Assembly: GCA_002811645.1 (NCBI GenBank)
Contig: PDIP01000001.1
Coordinates: forward strand, 1-64,000
DNA from: Corallochytrium limacisporum Hawaii
Taxonomy: Eukaryota; Protista; Pluriformea
Direction of reading: 5' to 3'
DNA: 64,000 nt
Shown: positions 30,393 through 40,258 of the stretch, one piece after another
How the letters are laid out: the number at the start of each line of letters is the position of its first letter
Numbering within the stretch: position 1 is the first letter of the stretch
Notes under the pieces: generated by a model
The model's database searches: none
What the model was told of the DNA's origin: nothing
What the model saw: the letters and a program-made list of their open reading frames with translations, nothing else
Position numbers and translations under genes: made by a program

Positions 30393-33300
30393 ATGACCAG
30401 AGAACATCAGGCATTGGTCCAACGCCTAGAGGGCGCTTCGGCTTTGGGTAAAAAGGAACACAAGCAACTCTTCGGTGATCTGGAGAAGCGGATCTCCCAG
30501 TTCAATGAGTCCGCAGCACCGATTCAGAAACTCTCCTATCCGGAGAAGGACTTCTCCTTTCAGACAGTTGTTAAAGTTGTCTACCAGGCTCGGGGTCAAC
30601 CAGAGACAATGAAGTCGGTCATGATTAAAAGTACGACTCCAGTTAAGGAGCTCGTTCTGTCCCTGATTGATAAATTTGGTCTTGAGGGAACGAATTCAAA
30701 GGTTTTCTCACTTTACGAAGTCCTCGGGGAGGCACAGAATGCGACCAAGCTCAGGGACAATGACTGTCCCTTGAAATTTGTCTTGGCTGGCTGGGACAGC
30801 CCAAGCTCAGGATACTTCAGATTGGAGATTGATGGAGAGAAAGTACAGATCCACGGCCTTCGGGAAGTCAAGACTGAGGCCGAAGAAAACCTAAACGACA
30901 GTTTCATGGAAATGCTTGAAGTAGAGGACTTGTTGGCCGAGAAGTTCGCCATGGAGGAGAGAGGAATGTTGGCTGAACGGGACATATATCTCAGAACTCT
31001 GTGCATGGTGGAGAAGAAGTACACGCAGAGCGGTGAGATAGATCAACGTACTGCCATCAATTCCATTAAGCAATTGGTGGCCACCATTCAAGGTTACATC
31101 GATGACACAGAAAAACGGTCCGCGCTGTGGAACCATGCGGAGTTGTTGGAGACCACCAAAGTCGTCAGCGACGCGTTGCGAGAGACCATTGAGGAAATGG
31201 TGAAGGACACCAAAACTATGCTGACCAGCCCAACTGAAACGGTTCCTGAAGTGGCTAAGCGCCTGAAGGTAAAGGCGGAAAGACTAAGCTGCCTGATAAA
31301 AGCTATGGTCAGTGTAACGAAGGGTCTACGAAAGGTTAAACTTGCTCTAGAGGAAGGACGCGTCAAGGCTGCACCAGGTACACGAGAGGCTGATCAAGTG
31401 GCGCGGGACCTGGTCCTCCATATCAGCCTGACAGTTGTTGAGGGTTGCAAGGCGGTCTCACAAAAGTCCAAGGAGAACTATGCTCACGCCATCACCGCAG
31501 TAGTCCGGATTCTGAAGTCCCTGGGAGAGAATGTAAAAGGTAGCGCCAAGTTCCAGTTCAGTCCTCAGGAGGTGCAAACGGAGATTGGGGATCTCGGTGC
31601 AGAGTTGACCAACGGAAATGAGAAATTATTGCGGAGCGCAAAACTTGCCTGTGGCCTGTGGCCCACACCAACCGCCCATATTGAAATGCTGGATGACATG
31701 CTCGGCCTTGCCGGATTTGCATTTGTGTTTGTCGTTAAGGCGCGTAGAGCTCAGGTACTGCTGGCCTCAACGTTCAGTGGACAGGAATTCCGCCGTCTGG
31801 GTTTTGTTATGGAAACAAACAACGCAGAATCGGCAAACAAGGACCTGGATGCGGAACAGAATGGGGCCGCACTGAATGGTAACGACGACAAGGGTTCGGA
31901 TGTAGTGATCTCCCCGAAGGAAATGGAACACGCAGACATCAACACAGCCGTTATGCTGAACTTGCAAAAGGACATTACGGGCCTGTGCACAGCCGTCACG
32001 AAACAGGAGCTCGCCATCTCGGAGGGACAGAAGGACATATATCACACCAACACAGATCAGCTCCTACAGTATGCCGAGCAATTGAAGGATGAAATTGATG
32101 CCTTTGAGACCAACTTTTGGTACGCTCCGTGGCGACAACTGGTCCTGAATTCGCGCACTGAAATGGCTTCGCATATCCGCCAAGTGGAAAGTCGTACAAA
32201 GATCGCAACAGGGGTCTGGCCGCCAGCGGATGCTGCCCAGAAGTTGCTTGATGAATGCAAAGCCCTTGAAGAGAAGGCAATGACCTGCGTCATGCACGCC
32301 AAACGTACGGTGGAGAGGCAAAAGGAAAGGGTCACAACGTGCAAGGTACAGGGTCTTTCGTTGGAAGAGAAACGTCGGAACACCCAGGATGCACAGAAGG
32401 CTCTGGCTCTCAGCCAGGGTAAGAGTACAGCAGCCCGGAGATCCAGTGGCTTCTACAAGGACGCGCCTCCCTTGAAGGACTACAATGAATTTAAACAGAA
32501 GTGCCTAACTCCGAAGACACCAGACGGTCTCTTGATTGCTGAAGAGTTGGACGGTACTAAGGAGGTCCGTGGTGGTCTCTTAGACGCTCTAGCAGAACAG
32601 CTAATGAGCCCCTGGTCCCTGGACCCTGTCTTCAAGGACACGTTTATGCTCACTTTTCACAGTTTCACAACACCGATGAAACTCATGGATCTTCTGGTGA
32701 AATCGTACAATGTTGACCCGGGATGGCGCCTCGACCCATTGATGACGCAAGAATTCAATCAGGTTGTGGTGATTCCAGTTCGTTTGCGCATTGTGGATGC
32801 ACTGAAAACGTGGCTGAATAAGAACTTTGAAGATTTTGATGGAGACCCAAACCTGGTTGATCTCCTTAACGAGTTCTGTGAGCGTCTAACCAAGGATTTG
32901 CCGTCAGCAGCAAAAGTTCTGAAGGAATTGTACAATCGTAACAAGATCTATGGGCCCAGTGTCAGCCGCAACCAGCGCATCCGCGCTCAGTCGGAGGCAC
33001 CAAAACCGATCCAGCCCAAGAGGGGAGACAACATGACCCTCCTAGACATTGACCCCCTCGAAGCTGCACGACAGCTGTGTCTGATCGACTTTGCCATTTA
33101 CAAGCGTATCCAACCAAAGGAATGCATGGATCTAGCGTGGAGCAAGAAGACCCTAAATCACCGGGCTGTCAATATTCTGTCCATGATCAACCGTTTCAAT
33201 GATTTTACACTCTGGGTCGCACAAAAGGCTATCTTTCCGGAGACTGCCGAGGAGCGTGTGGCCAACATTCGGCACCTGATCAAGATTGCCACATACTGTC

Positions 33301-33764
33301 GCCAGCTAAATAACTACAGTGCAGTTATGGCCATCCAGGGTGGCATGATCAGCGCTGCGGTCAGTCGCATGAAGAAGACATGGGCTCTGCTTACTCCAAA
33401 GGAAAAGGAGGCATGGGATGCGCTATGCCACATTGCAAGCAATCAGGATAACTTTGGTCTGTACCGCCAGGAACTGAGTCGCAAAGATGCACCGTGCATC
33501 CCATTCTTGGGTATCTACCTTACTGATCTTACCTTTATTGAGGACGGTAACCCGGACATGATCAACGGTTGGCCTGACTACATCAATTTCAAGAAGCGCC
33601 GCCTGTACGCCGAGGTTATCAATAAGATGCGGCAGTACCAGGACACACCCTATAATTTCCAGGCTGTGCGTAGCATCTCCAGCTATCTGACGATGAATGA
33701 ACAGCAGAGCGACGAAAAGGAGCTGTACGATACCTCCCTCAAACGTGAACCACGCGGACAATAA
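30393..33764 (+). CDS. Ras guanine-nucleotide exchange factor (RA domain + helical repeats + REM + CDC25)
   Basis: N-terminal RA-like domain (KSVMIKSTTPVKELV..LIDKF..FSLYEV..LRDNDCPL), REM (FKDTFMLTFHSFTTP) and CDC25 domain (DPLEAARQLCLID, LNNYSAVMAI, PCIPFLGIYLTDLTFIEDGNPD, INFKKRR). Confidence 0.93.
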   Translation: MTREHQALVQRLEGASALGKKEHKQLFGDLEKRISQFNESAAPIQKLSYPEKDFSFQTVVKVVYQARGQPETMKSVMIKSTTPVKELVLSLIDKFGLEGTNSKVFSLYEVLGEAQNATKLRDNDCPLKFVLAGWDSPSSGYFRLEIDGEKVQIHGLREVKTEAEENLNDSFMEMLEVEDLLAEKFAMEERGMLAERDIYLRTLCMVEKKYTQSGEIDQRTAINSIKQLVATIQGYIDDTEKRSALWNHAELLETTKVVSDALRETIEEMVKDTKTMLTSPTETVPEVAKRLKVKAERLSCLIKAMVSVTKGLRKVKLALEEGRVKAAPGTREADQVARDLVLHISLTVVEGCKAVSQKSKENYAHAITAVVRILKSLGENVKGSAKFQFSPQEVQTEIGDLGAELTNGNEKLLRSAKLACGLWPTPTAHIEMLDDMLGLAGFAFVFVVKARRAQVLLASTFSGQEFRRLGFVMETNNAESANKDLDAEQNGAALNGNDDKGSDVVISPKEMEHADINTAVMLNLQKDITGLCTAVTKQELAISEGQKDIYHTNTDQLLQYAEQLKDEIDAFETNFWYAPWRQLVLNSRTEMASHIRQVESRTKIATGVWPPADAAQKLLDECKALEEKAMTCVMHAKRTVERQKERVTTCKVQGLSLEEKRRNTQDAQKALALSQGKSTAARRSSGFYKDAPPLKDYNEFKQKCLTPKTPDGLLIAEELDGTKEVRGGLLDALAEQLMSPWSLDPVFKDTFMLTFHSFTTPMKLMDLLVKSYNVDPGWRLDPLMTQEFNQVVVIPVRLRIVDALKTWLNKNFEDFDGDPNLVDLLNEFCERLTKDLPSAAKVLKELYNRNKIYGPSVSRNQRIRAQSEAPKPIQPKRGDNMTLLDIDPLEAARQLCLIDFAIYKRIQPKECMDLAWSKKTLNHRAVNILSMINRFNDFTLWVAQKAIFPETAEERVANIRHLIKIATYCRQLNNYSAVMAIQGGMISAAVSRMKKTWALLTPKEKEAWDALCHIASNQDNFGLYRQELSRKDAPCIPFLGIYLTDLTFIEDGNPDMINGWPDYINFKKRRLYAEVINKMRQYQDTPYNFQAVRSISSYLTMNEQQSDEKELYDTSLKREPRGQ

Positions 33765-34089
33765 AAATTATGTAATCACTTAAACAGCCAATTCGTCAAA
33801 GTCGTCCACACTGAAAGGTAGTCGGAAACTGAAAGAGGTTTCCACAAGACGACTCGGTTGCAGTCAATTTGCCGTCTCTTCATTCCGAAGTCTGTATTCC
33901 TCGACGACACCTTCATGGTTCCCAATTTTCAGGTCTAGTTTCGCATGGTACTTCTGGCCCATTACTGACCTTCAGTTGTCAGATCCTGCAGACTCCGCAG
34001 CACGATATATCGACCCATGCCTCTGGCTAGGTCCTTCGCGGTGGCATTTCGCAAATTTGTCTGTTTCTATCACATGTCAAAGGGCATGT

Positions 34090-35913
34090 TTATGCTGCCG
34101 GAGATGGGTCCACAATAAATTGGGACAGCATGATCGCGGCCAATTCAGCCGCAAAGTGGTTGAGGAGAATGTAAGATGTACAGAGGGCTTCCAGATGCTC
34201 TGTGCTTGATGACTGGCCTTCGTCTTCCATGAGGCCCTGGACAACAGCTTCCAGCTTTGAGCTGTATTTGGTGAGATTCAGTTCCGCTCTTTCATCGCCC
34301 AAGGATGTCAGGGAGGATTCTAGTCGCTCCAGACAATTAGTGATGGCGGGTAGCATGACCTGCTGGGCAAAGCTACTACTGAACTTCTTCTTCGTCTTTG
34401 TCGACCCACGCAAACCTACAAAGAGGAACCGCTGAACGGAGAGATGGGACGAGTAGCAGACCTGCGATAAGATGGACATAGTGAGGAGATTTATCCGATA
34501 CCGATTCTGATCGGTCTGAGACAGAAGATCCACAAGCTTTGTGAGAAGACACTCGGACATAGCAACGGTCTTCAGACAGGCACCATCCCCATCGCGAGAC
34601 CGCTTCTGCCACTCTCGGTGGTAATACCTAGCCCGTTCTAGACTTTCGAGGCACTGCCCGCTCACCTCCTCATCAGGACTAAGGATGACCCTCTGGGTAT
34701 CAATCTTTCCTTTCAGTGCTGTGAATCCCTGTTGCAGGGCTTCCTGCAGACTCCTGCGCTTGAATTCGTCCGTGCCGACAAGCAGATCCTTGCCAAGCCC
34801 ACAGACGGCAAAGGTGGCAATGGGGTGGCCGCGGGCAATCAAAGCGTCCAGGAGCACCAGAGATGCAAGCTGTTGATCGTCCTCAAAACTGTCCAAACGC
34901 TTGCCAATGCTCTGTACTAAGTGCGTATCCAGCAGACACTGTACCACTAACTGTCCGTACAGACTGTCATCCTTGACCGCTCGCAGAAGGAATGCCACTT
35001 TGGCACTTGTACGCGTGCTGCGAATGGTGTTGGTGCTGTACATATCGCTCAGGATACTCCCCAGGCCATGCACAACAGTTGAAATGATATGTCTGCGGAT
35101 GTCTGAGGAGCCTACTTCCAGATAATCATCTACCGTGTCCATCAATTCTTCAAATTCGTATGCACGGAAGTCTGCCTTTTGATACACATGCACGTCTCCG
35201 GGCAGTTCATCTACCAGGCGCACTAGGTCTGCGGTCAGCTGTGCTGCAAAGGTGGACGTGATCATGATCGAGTCTACGGTTGCTGACTGAGGCTCCAATA
35301 GAATCCGCAAACACTCCTGCGCAATGTCTCGAGACTCATCATTGTTGAGCAGCACGAGTACATTTCGAATTAGCACCGACTCGGTAAAGTCGTTGTTCAT
35401 GAAAAAGTTCAAAAGATCAGGTTGTTGTCCAATCCGAGCACACAACACCTTGACCAAATCTATCATACTGTCTGTTCCAGCATTACGATATTCTAAAACT
35501 TTGGAAAGGGGCTGGAAGACCCGCTGGTTACTAAAGTGAATGTCCGAAATCTGCTTCGTGAAAGAAGCAAAGAATGCAAGTATATAGTCCTGTATCCCTT
35601 CCGGTCGATTGGCAAAACCAATAGCTACCAATTGCTGCAGCTGATCACCGGACAGTAATGACTCCATGCATTCCAATACTCGTTCCCCTTGCTGACCCCG
35701 CTTTACCGACTGGCCACTTTGCCGCGCTCCTGAGGTTCTCTCTTCGTTGATGATGTACTTCAGTATCGTCCCTAGAATCTCTCGCACAGCAGTGCCTCTA
35801 AGAAGCGTGTTGTTTGCCATCGCATCTTCCACATTCTCAAACAGATCATTCCAGGCCCTTTCGACGCCCAGTCGAATCGGCGAGATCTGTGCTTGCGCCC
35901 GTTGCCTTTGCAT
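34090..35913 (-). CDS. FTS/Hook-interacting protein (FHIP/FAM160, RAI16-like)
   Basis: ECMESLL..LQQLVAIG.ANRPEGIQDYILAFF..RVFQPLSKVL, VLCARIGQQPDLLNFF and NRYRINLLTMSILSQVC resemble conserved FAM160 blocks. Confidence 0.72.
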   Translation of the reverse strand: MQRQRAQAQISPIRLGVERAWNDLFENVEDAMANNTLLRGTAVREILGTILKYIINEERTSGARQSGQSVKRGQQGERVLECMESLLSGDQLQQLVAIGFANRPEGIQDYILAFFASFTKQISDIHFSNQRVFQPLSKVLEYRNAGTDSMIDLVKVLCARIGQQPDLLNFFMNNDFTESVLIRNVLVLLNNDESRDIAQECLRILLEPQSATVDSIMITSTFAAQLTADLVRLVDELPGDVHVYQKADFRAYEFEELMDTVDDYLEVGSSDIRRHIISTVVHGLGSILSDMYSTNTIRSTRTSAKVAFLLRAVKDDSLYGQLVVQCLLDTHLVQSIGKRLDSFEDDQQLASLVLLDALIARGHPIATFAVCGLGKDLLVGTDEFKRRSLQEALQQGFTALKGKIDTQRVILSPDEEVSGQCLESLERARYYHREWQKRSRDGDGACLKTVAMSECLLTKLVDLLSQTDQNRYRINLLTMSILSQVCYSSHLSVQRFLFVGLRGSTKTKKKFSSSFAQQVMLPAITNCLERLESSLTSLGDERAELNLTKYSSKLEAVVQGLMEDEGQSSSTEHLEALCTSYILLNHFAAELAAIMLSQFIVDPSPAA

Positions 35914-36217
35914 CTTTATCTACTTCTTTAATTTGGTACAATCATGTCTTTCTTTACACCATTCCCTGGTTTCTATGTTTATAATGTACAGTGTATGGCC
36001 ATGCAGTGACCTGAACGTAAGGATCGACTTCAGGGGTGTCTGCAATAGCTGGCCGTGTCCGGTTGGCCTATGGAGACCCACAACAAAGCCTCCCCCGCCC
36101 TTGCCAAACAGCCAGTCCCGAGGGCTGAGGCCCGTGGGGCCTCCCCAAGCCCCGAGCGGAGAGGGGGCTCACAGAGTGCGTCGAGACGTGGATGTTTCCC
36201 AGAGCTCGTGTGGCAAG

Positions 36218-36293
36218 GTACACAAGAACTGAAGTCATTTTCGCCGATGATAGGGACTGCACTAACCTTTATTGAATTTCTTATTGTTCACAG
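36218..36293 (+). other. Predicted leader intron (76 nt) of an orphan transcription unit
   Basis: AAG|GTACAC..GCACTAAC..T-rich..TTCACAG|. Confidence 0.55.
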
Positions 36294-38304
36294 GGCAGGC
36301 CAGGGTGTAGAATTTATGCCACCGCCATGGCTAATTATCTGAGAACATAGAAGTTTGCGCCTTTCATTATGCACGATTCTGTTCCTCAATGCAGACTCCG
36401 TGCCTCCCGACGGTGCAATAGCACTTGATCGCCAATCCCATCCCCTCTCATTTATGAAATTTCATACAAATTCCAGTTGGACACGCAGACGATAGGATTG
36501 AAAGTCCGGGTCTCTTGTCTATGACCTCATGCTCCTTTTTGATCTCCTTTTGATCTCGCAAAAATCTCTGATGCGTATCACATACTACGCCCATTCGTAA
36601 GTTCACTTGCCTGAAACAGTTACTAGCGTGCGATGTGTCTATCTCTGATATGTCGTTCAGATGCCCGTATCCTTTTGGCAGTCTACCATCACTGCGTACA
36701 AAGATGTCTCCAACCAGGTCCTCGAAAGGCATCACCCCACATGACTCTACGCAGTAACCGCCCGTATATTAAAATAACCGCCTTTCTCAATAATTGATTA
36801 GTAGCCCTCTTACTAGCAACGACCCGAGTTCCTCGGGAGTATGTTGGAAGGAAAAATCTCCCACTGGCATTGATTGAAACTGGGGAAACGACTGGGCCCC
36901 GGGTTCCACAATTTGAAGAGTCCGTGTCGAGCAGTTCCCGGCCGACCAACCAGGGTTCACAAGAACTACAATGTGTTGAACACGAAAACAGCACCTCAAA
37001 AAGCGATGATAGAAGGAGCTGTCTGTGGCGAGATCCCGGCCACCTGTCATGCAACATCAAATTGGAAACATGCTAGAACTACCATGTTCGAACCTACGAG
37101 TCAACCAAGCACAACGGCCATTGTCCTCTACGGTGTCTTTCGCTGCTTTCCCGTCGCTCGAGATCGCTGACCCACCGTCGTCGTACGGCAGTTGGCTAGA
37201 AAGTCAATCCGTGCTGCAGCACACCAATAAAGCACCTCCCTTCTGTTGCTGTGAACAACCTCCCTCTCTTCAATGTCCCGCCAAGCGTGCAGTGGAAAAC
37301 ACTCGGCGATATATTGTTTCAGCCGCGTGCCTAAGCTTCTGGTCGCGGCAGTGACTCTGTCTTACTTTGGGACAACCAACGTCACAGAGGTGCTGGTGTT
37401 AGGGTTAGGCCCATCCACATATAACATGACCATTACCAGATGCCAGTACACAGAGGGACCAACCGCCACACCGTATAATCTATGTATTGACGACAGAGTG
37501 ATGTAGGAAGGGACAAACGGACCGAAATTAGTAGCAGGAGAATTTTCTTCCTCCCTTACGTTTTCAATGGAAAGGTTGGCAGCTTTGCTGAGTGGGCTGG
37601 AGCCGAGGACCCCCAGTGTACACCTCCCCACCTGGTCCCAATTTTCTTCAGCGTCCCATACTAAGTACTTCCTGCGCAGTCTCCAGCGTGCACCCACCGC
37701 TTCGGCAGAAGGCACGGTCCAGGCAGAATCGTTGCCAGCAGGATCGGTACCGTACCTATGGATAGCTGATTTTGGGGTTAGGCAAGAGGGCGGCACTATA
37801 AAACTGCGGTGCGTCCCAAGAAAAATTTTTCTCTGTGCGTCCTTCTCGCGTCCATGTTACCCCTGCGATAGAGAGATCGTTGCGAGAGTATAGCAAAGCC
37901 ACACACAGCAGCACAGGGTTCATTACGCATTCAGCGGTAGCTAGCCGGACAGCCCAGTACAGTAACTGCAGTCTACCACTACCACTACGGTCTCACCAAG
38001 TCACTGATTCCTGTGCATTGCTCTTGATGTCGAAGGTCGTTGTTTGGATGTCCTAGCTAGTATAGCTTGAGAATGACATTTATAAAGAAAATTCCGGATG
38101 GCCCATCAATCCTTTGTGAAAGTGCACGGGGCCTTTCCGGGTCTGTTTGCCTGTAGGTCACCAAATCTCCTGCGGACTTATGTGATTGCCTCACCTTTCT
38201 GTCCATAGTGAAGATACATACCCAATCAGTTGGTGCCACTGTCGTCCTCGTCCCCCGCCCTGCCATCCAGGCCCGTCTCTCAGGCACACCACTTGCCCCC
38301 CCCC

Positions 38305-38856
38305 NNNNNNNNNNNNNNNNNNNNNNNNNNNNNNNNNNNNNNNNNNNNNNNNNNNNNNNNNNNNNNNNNNNNNNNNNNNNNNNNNNNNNNNNNNNNNNNN
38401 NNNNNNNNNNNNNNNNNNNNNNNNNNNNNNNNNNNNNNNNNNNNNNNNNNNNNNNNNNNNNNNNNNNNNNNNNNNNNNNNNNNNNNNNNNNNNNNNNNNN
38501 NNNNNNNNNNNNNNNNNNNNNNNNNNNNNNNNNNNNNNNNNNNNNNNNNNNNNNNNNNNNNNNNNNNNNNNNNNNNNNNNNNNNNNNNNNNNNNNNNNNN
38601 NNNNNNNNNNNNNNNNNNNNNNNNNNNNNNNNNNNNNNNNNNNNNNNNNNNNNNNNNNNNNNNNNNNNNNNNNNNNNNNNNNNNNNNNNNNNNNNNNNNN
38701 NNNNNNNNNNNNNNNNNNNNNNNNNNNNNNNNNNNNNNNNNNNNNNNNNNNNNNNNNNNNNNNNNNNNNNNNNNNNNNNNNNNNNNNNNNNNNNNNNNNN
38801 NNNNNNNNNNNNNNNNNNNNNNNNNNNNNNNNNNNNNNNNNNNNNNNNNNNNNNNN
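38305..38856. other. Assembly gap (552 N) between a poly-C and a poly-G run; other gaps at 6919-6999, 11777-11841 and 49706-49781
   Basis: N runs; all four gaps abut G/C homopolymer-rich tracts or microsatellites. Confidence 0.99.
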
Positions 38857-40258
38857 GGGGGGGGGAGAGGGAAGAGGTGCGCCTGAAGTTTTTTTCTCGT
38901 ACAAGCCTTTACCATATCTATACACCCAGGACCACTGCCCGACTGCGCCCCCGGAGCTACCTACCTAGCCTTGACCTCAAGTTCTCACATTTTTCAGCCC
39001 GCGCTGCCGGACACAAACAGGTCGCCCGCGCGAGCCAGAACCGCAGGAGTAGGGGGCAGCTATACTGTTCTCATTGAGCAAAAATATTTATACCCGAAAT
39101 TAGCGCGGGATGCAGCCATGGAAATTGAGAAAAAGTGATAGGAGATGATGGATGGCAAAAAACATAAATTCGGCACCCAGTGGAGATCATCAGTACTGAT
39201 CCGCTGCTTCAATGGACAGTGAGTGTGGTGGTCCCATCTGCAAATCTCTGGCCACCCCCCCATATATGGGACAGGGCTTGCGGAAGCCAAACCTCCTTGA
39301 TCCATGCACACAAATATGCCATTTTAGTTCACTTGATTGGCATTCATTCATTATGAACTTGCCAATATGGTCGGTTTTAGAAACCTGTTGTTCATTCAGA
39401 TCCGGGACGACTTTGCCTTCCCCTTCCGCTCCCCTTTTTGAACCGGGGGCACGGATCCCAGAGCCGAGAAAGAGCAAAGCGAAGGGCCCGTGTTTCAAGT
39501 TCGTCTCGGATTTGTCTCTGAGACACTATGAAAAATTAATTCAGAAATTGTCTCAGGGCTAGGCACAAAGGTCGTTTATGGGAGGGTCGGTGATAAAGTC
39601 GACGGCCCCTTCCCTTGTCGGTGGGAGGTATTCCGTCGACGCGAGAGAGAGAGGCATTTTAGAAATACTGGCAGAACGGAAGAACTAAGAAGAACCAAAC
39701 GGAGAATATGAAACAGTGGAGGTCGGTGGGAGAGGGAGCAATGTTGGGGGTGAGGGAGTCTATACTGAGAGTATTGGAGATGGCTGGGGTGATTATCGTA
39801 TAGAACGCAGTATCCATCTGACGCACCCAGCGCACACACGCACCCAGCCACCAAACACGCGCCGGGGGACTGCTCTTAATCTGCGAATTCATTCAGTCGG
39901 AGTGCACACTCTTGTTGCACGGTTCAACCGGCAAGTAACTGCCAGTGGGATAGATGAGATCGTTGTCATTTTCATATTTGCCTCGGACAGAGAATATTCC
40001 CGCCATGCTTACGGCCATGTGTATCCCAGACCGAAGAATGTCGGGCTCTTGTTTATCACACGAACAGGCAGGTATTCAGACGACGTCATGGAAGGATTAG
40101 AGGAAGGGGGCATTTGAGTAATAATCCCCGTTACGTAAATTGGTGAACGGCATTGTCGCACACGAAAACACCGGGAACACAAATTTGTTATTGCGATATT
40201 ATATTTTGAGTCATGTTCGATCAACGGTAATACAAACAGGCGTCGAGAGCGTCAAGCC

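Noticed and set aside
33864-33866. In-frame TGA as possible selenocysteine
   Set aside because: No redox motif context and no SECIS-like hairpin seen.
36499-36516. GAAAGTCCGGG resembling RNase P/MRP CR-I (also GGAAAGTCCC near 616)
   Set aside because: No matching CR-V/P4 partner at a plausible distance.
38186-39077. Long ORFs spanning N runs (also at 6773, 11540 and 49630)
   Set aside because: Artefacts of translating through assembly gaps.
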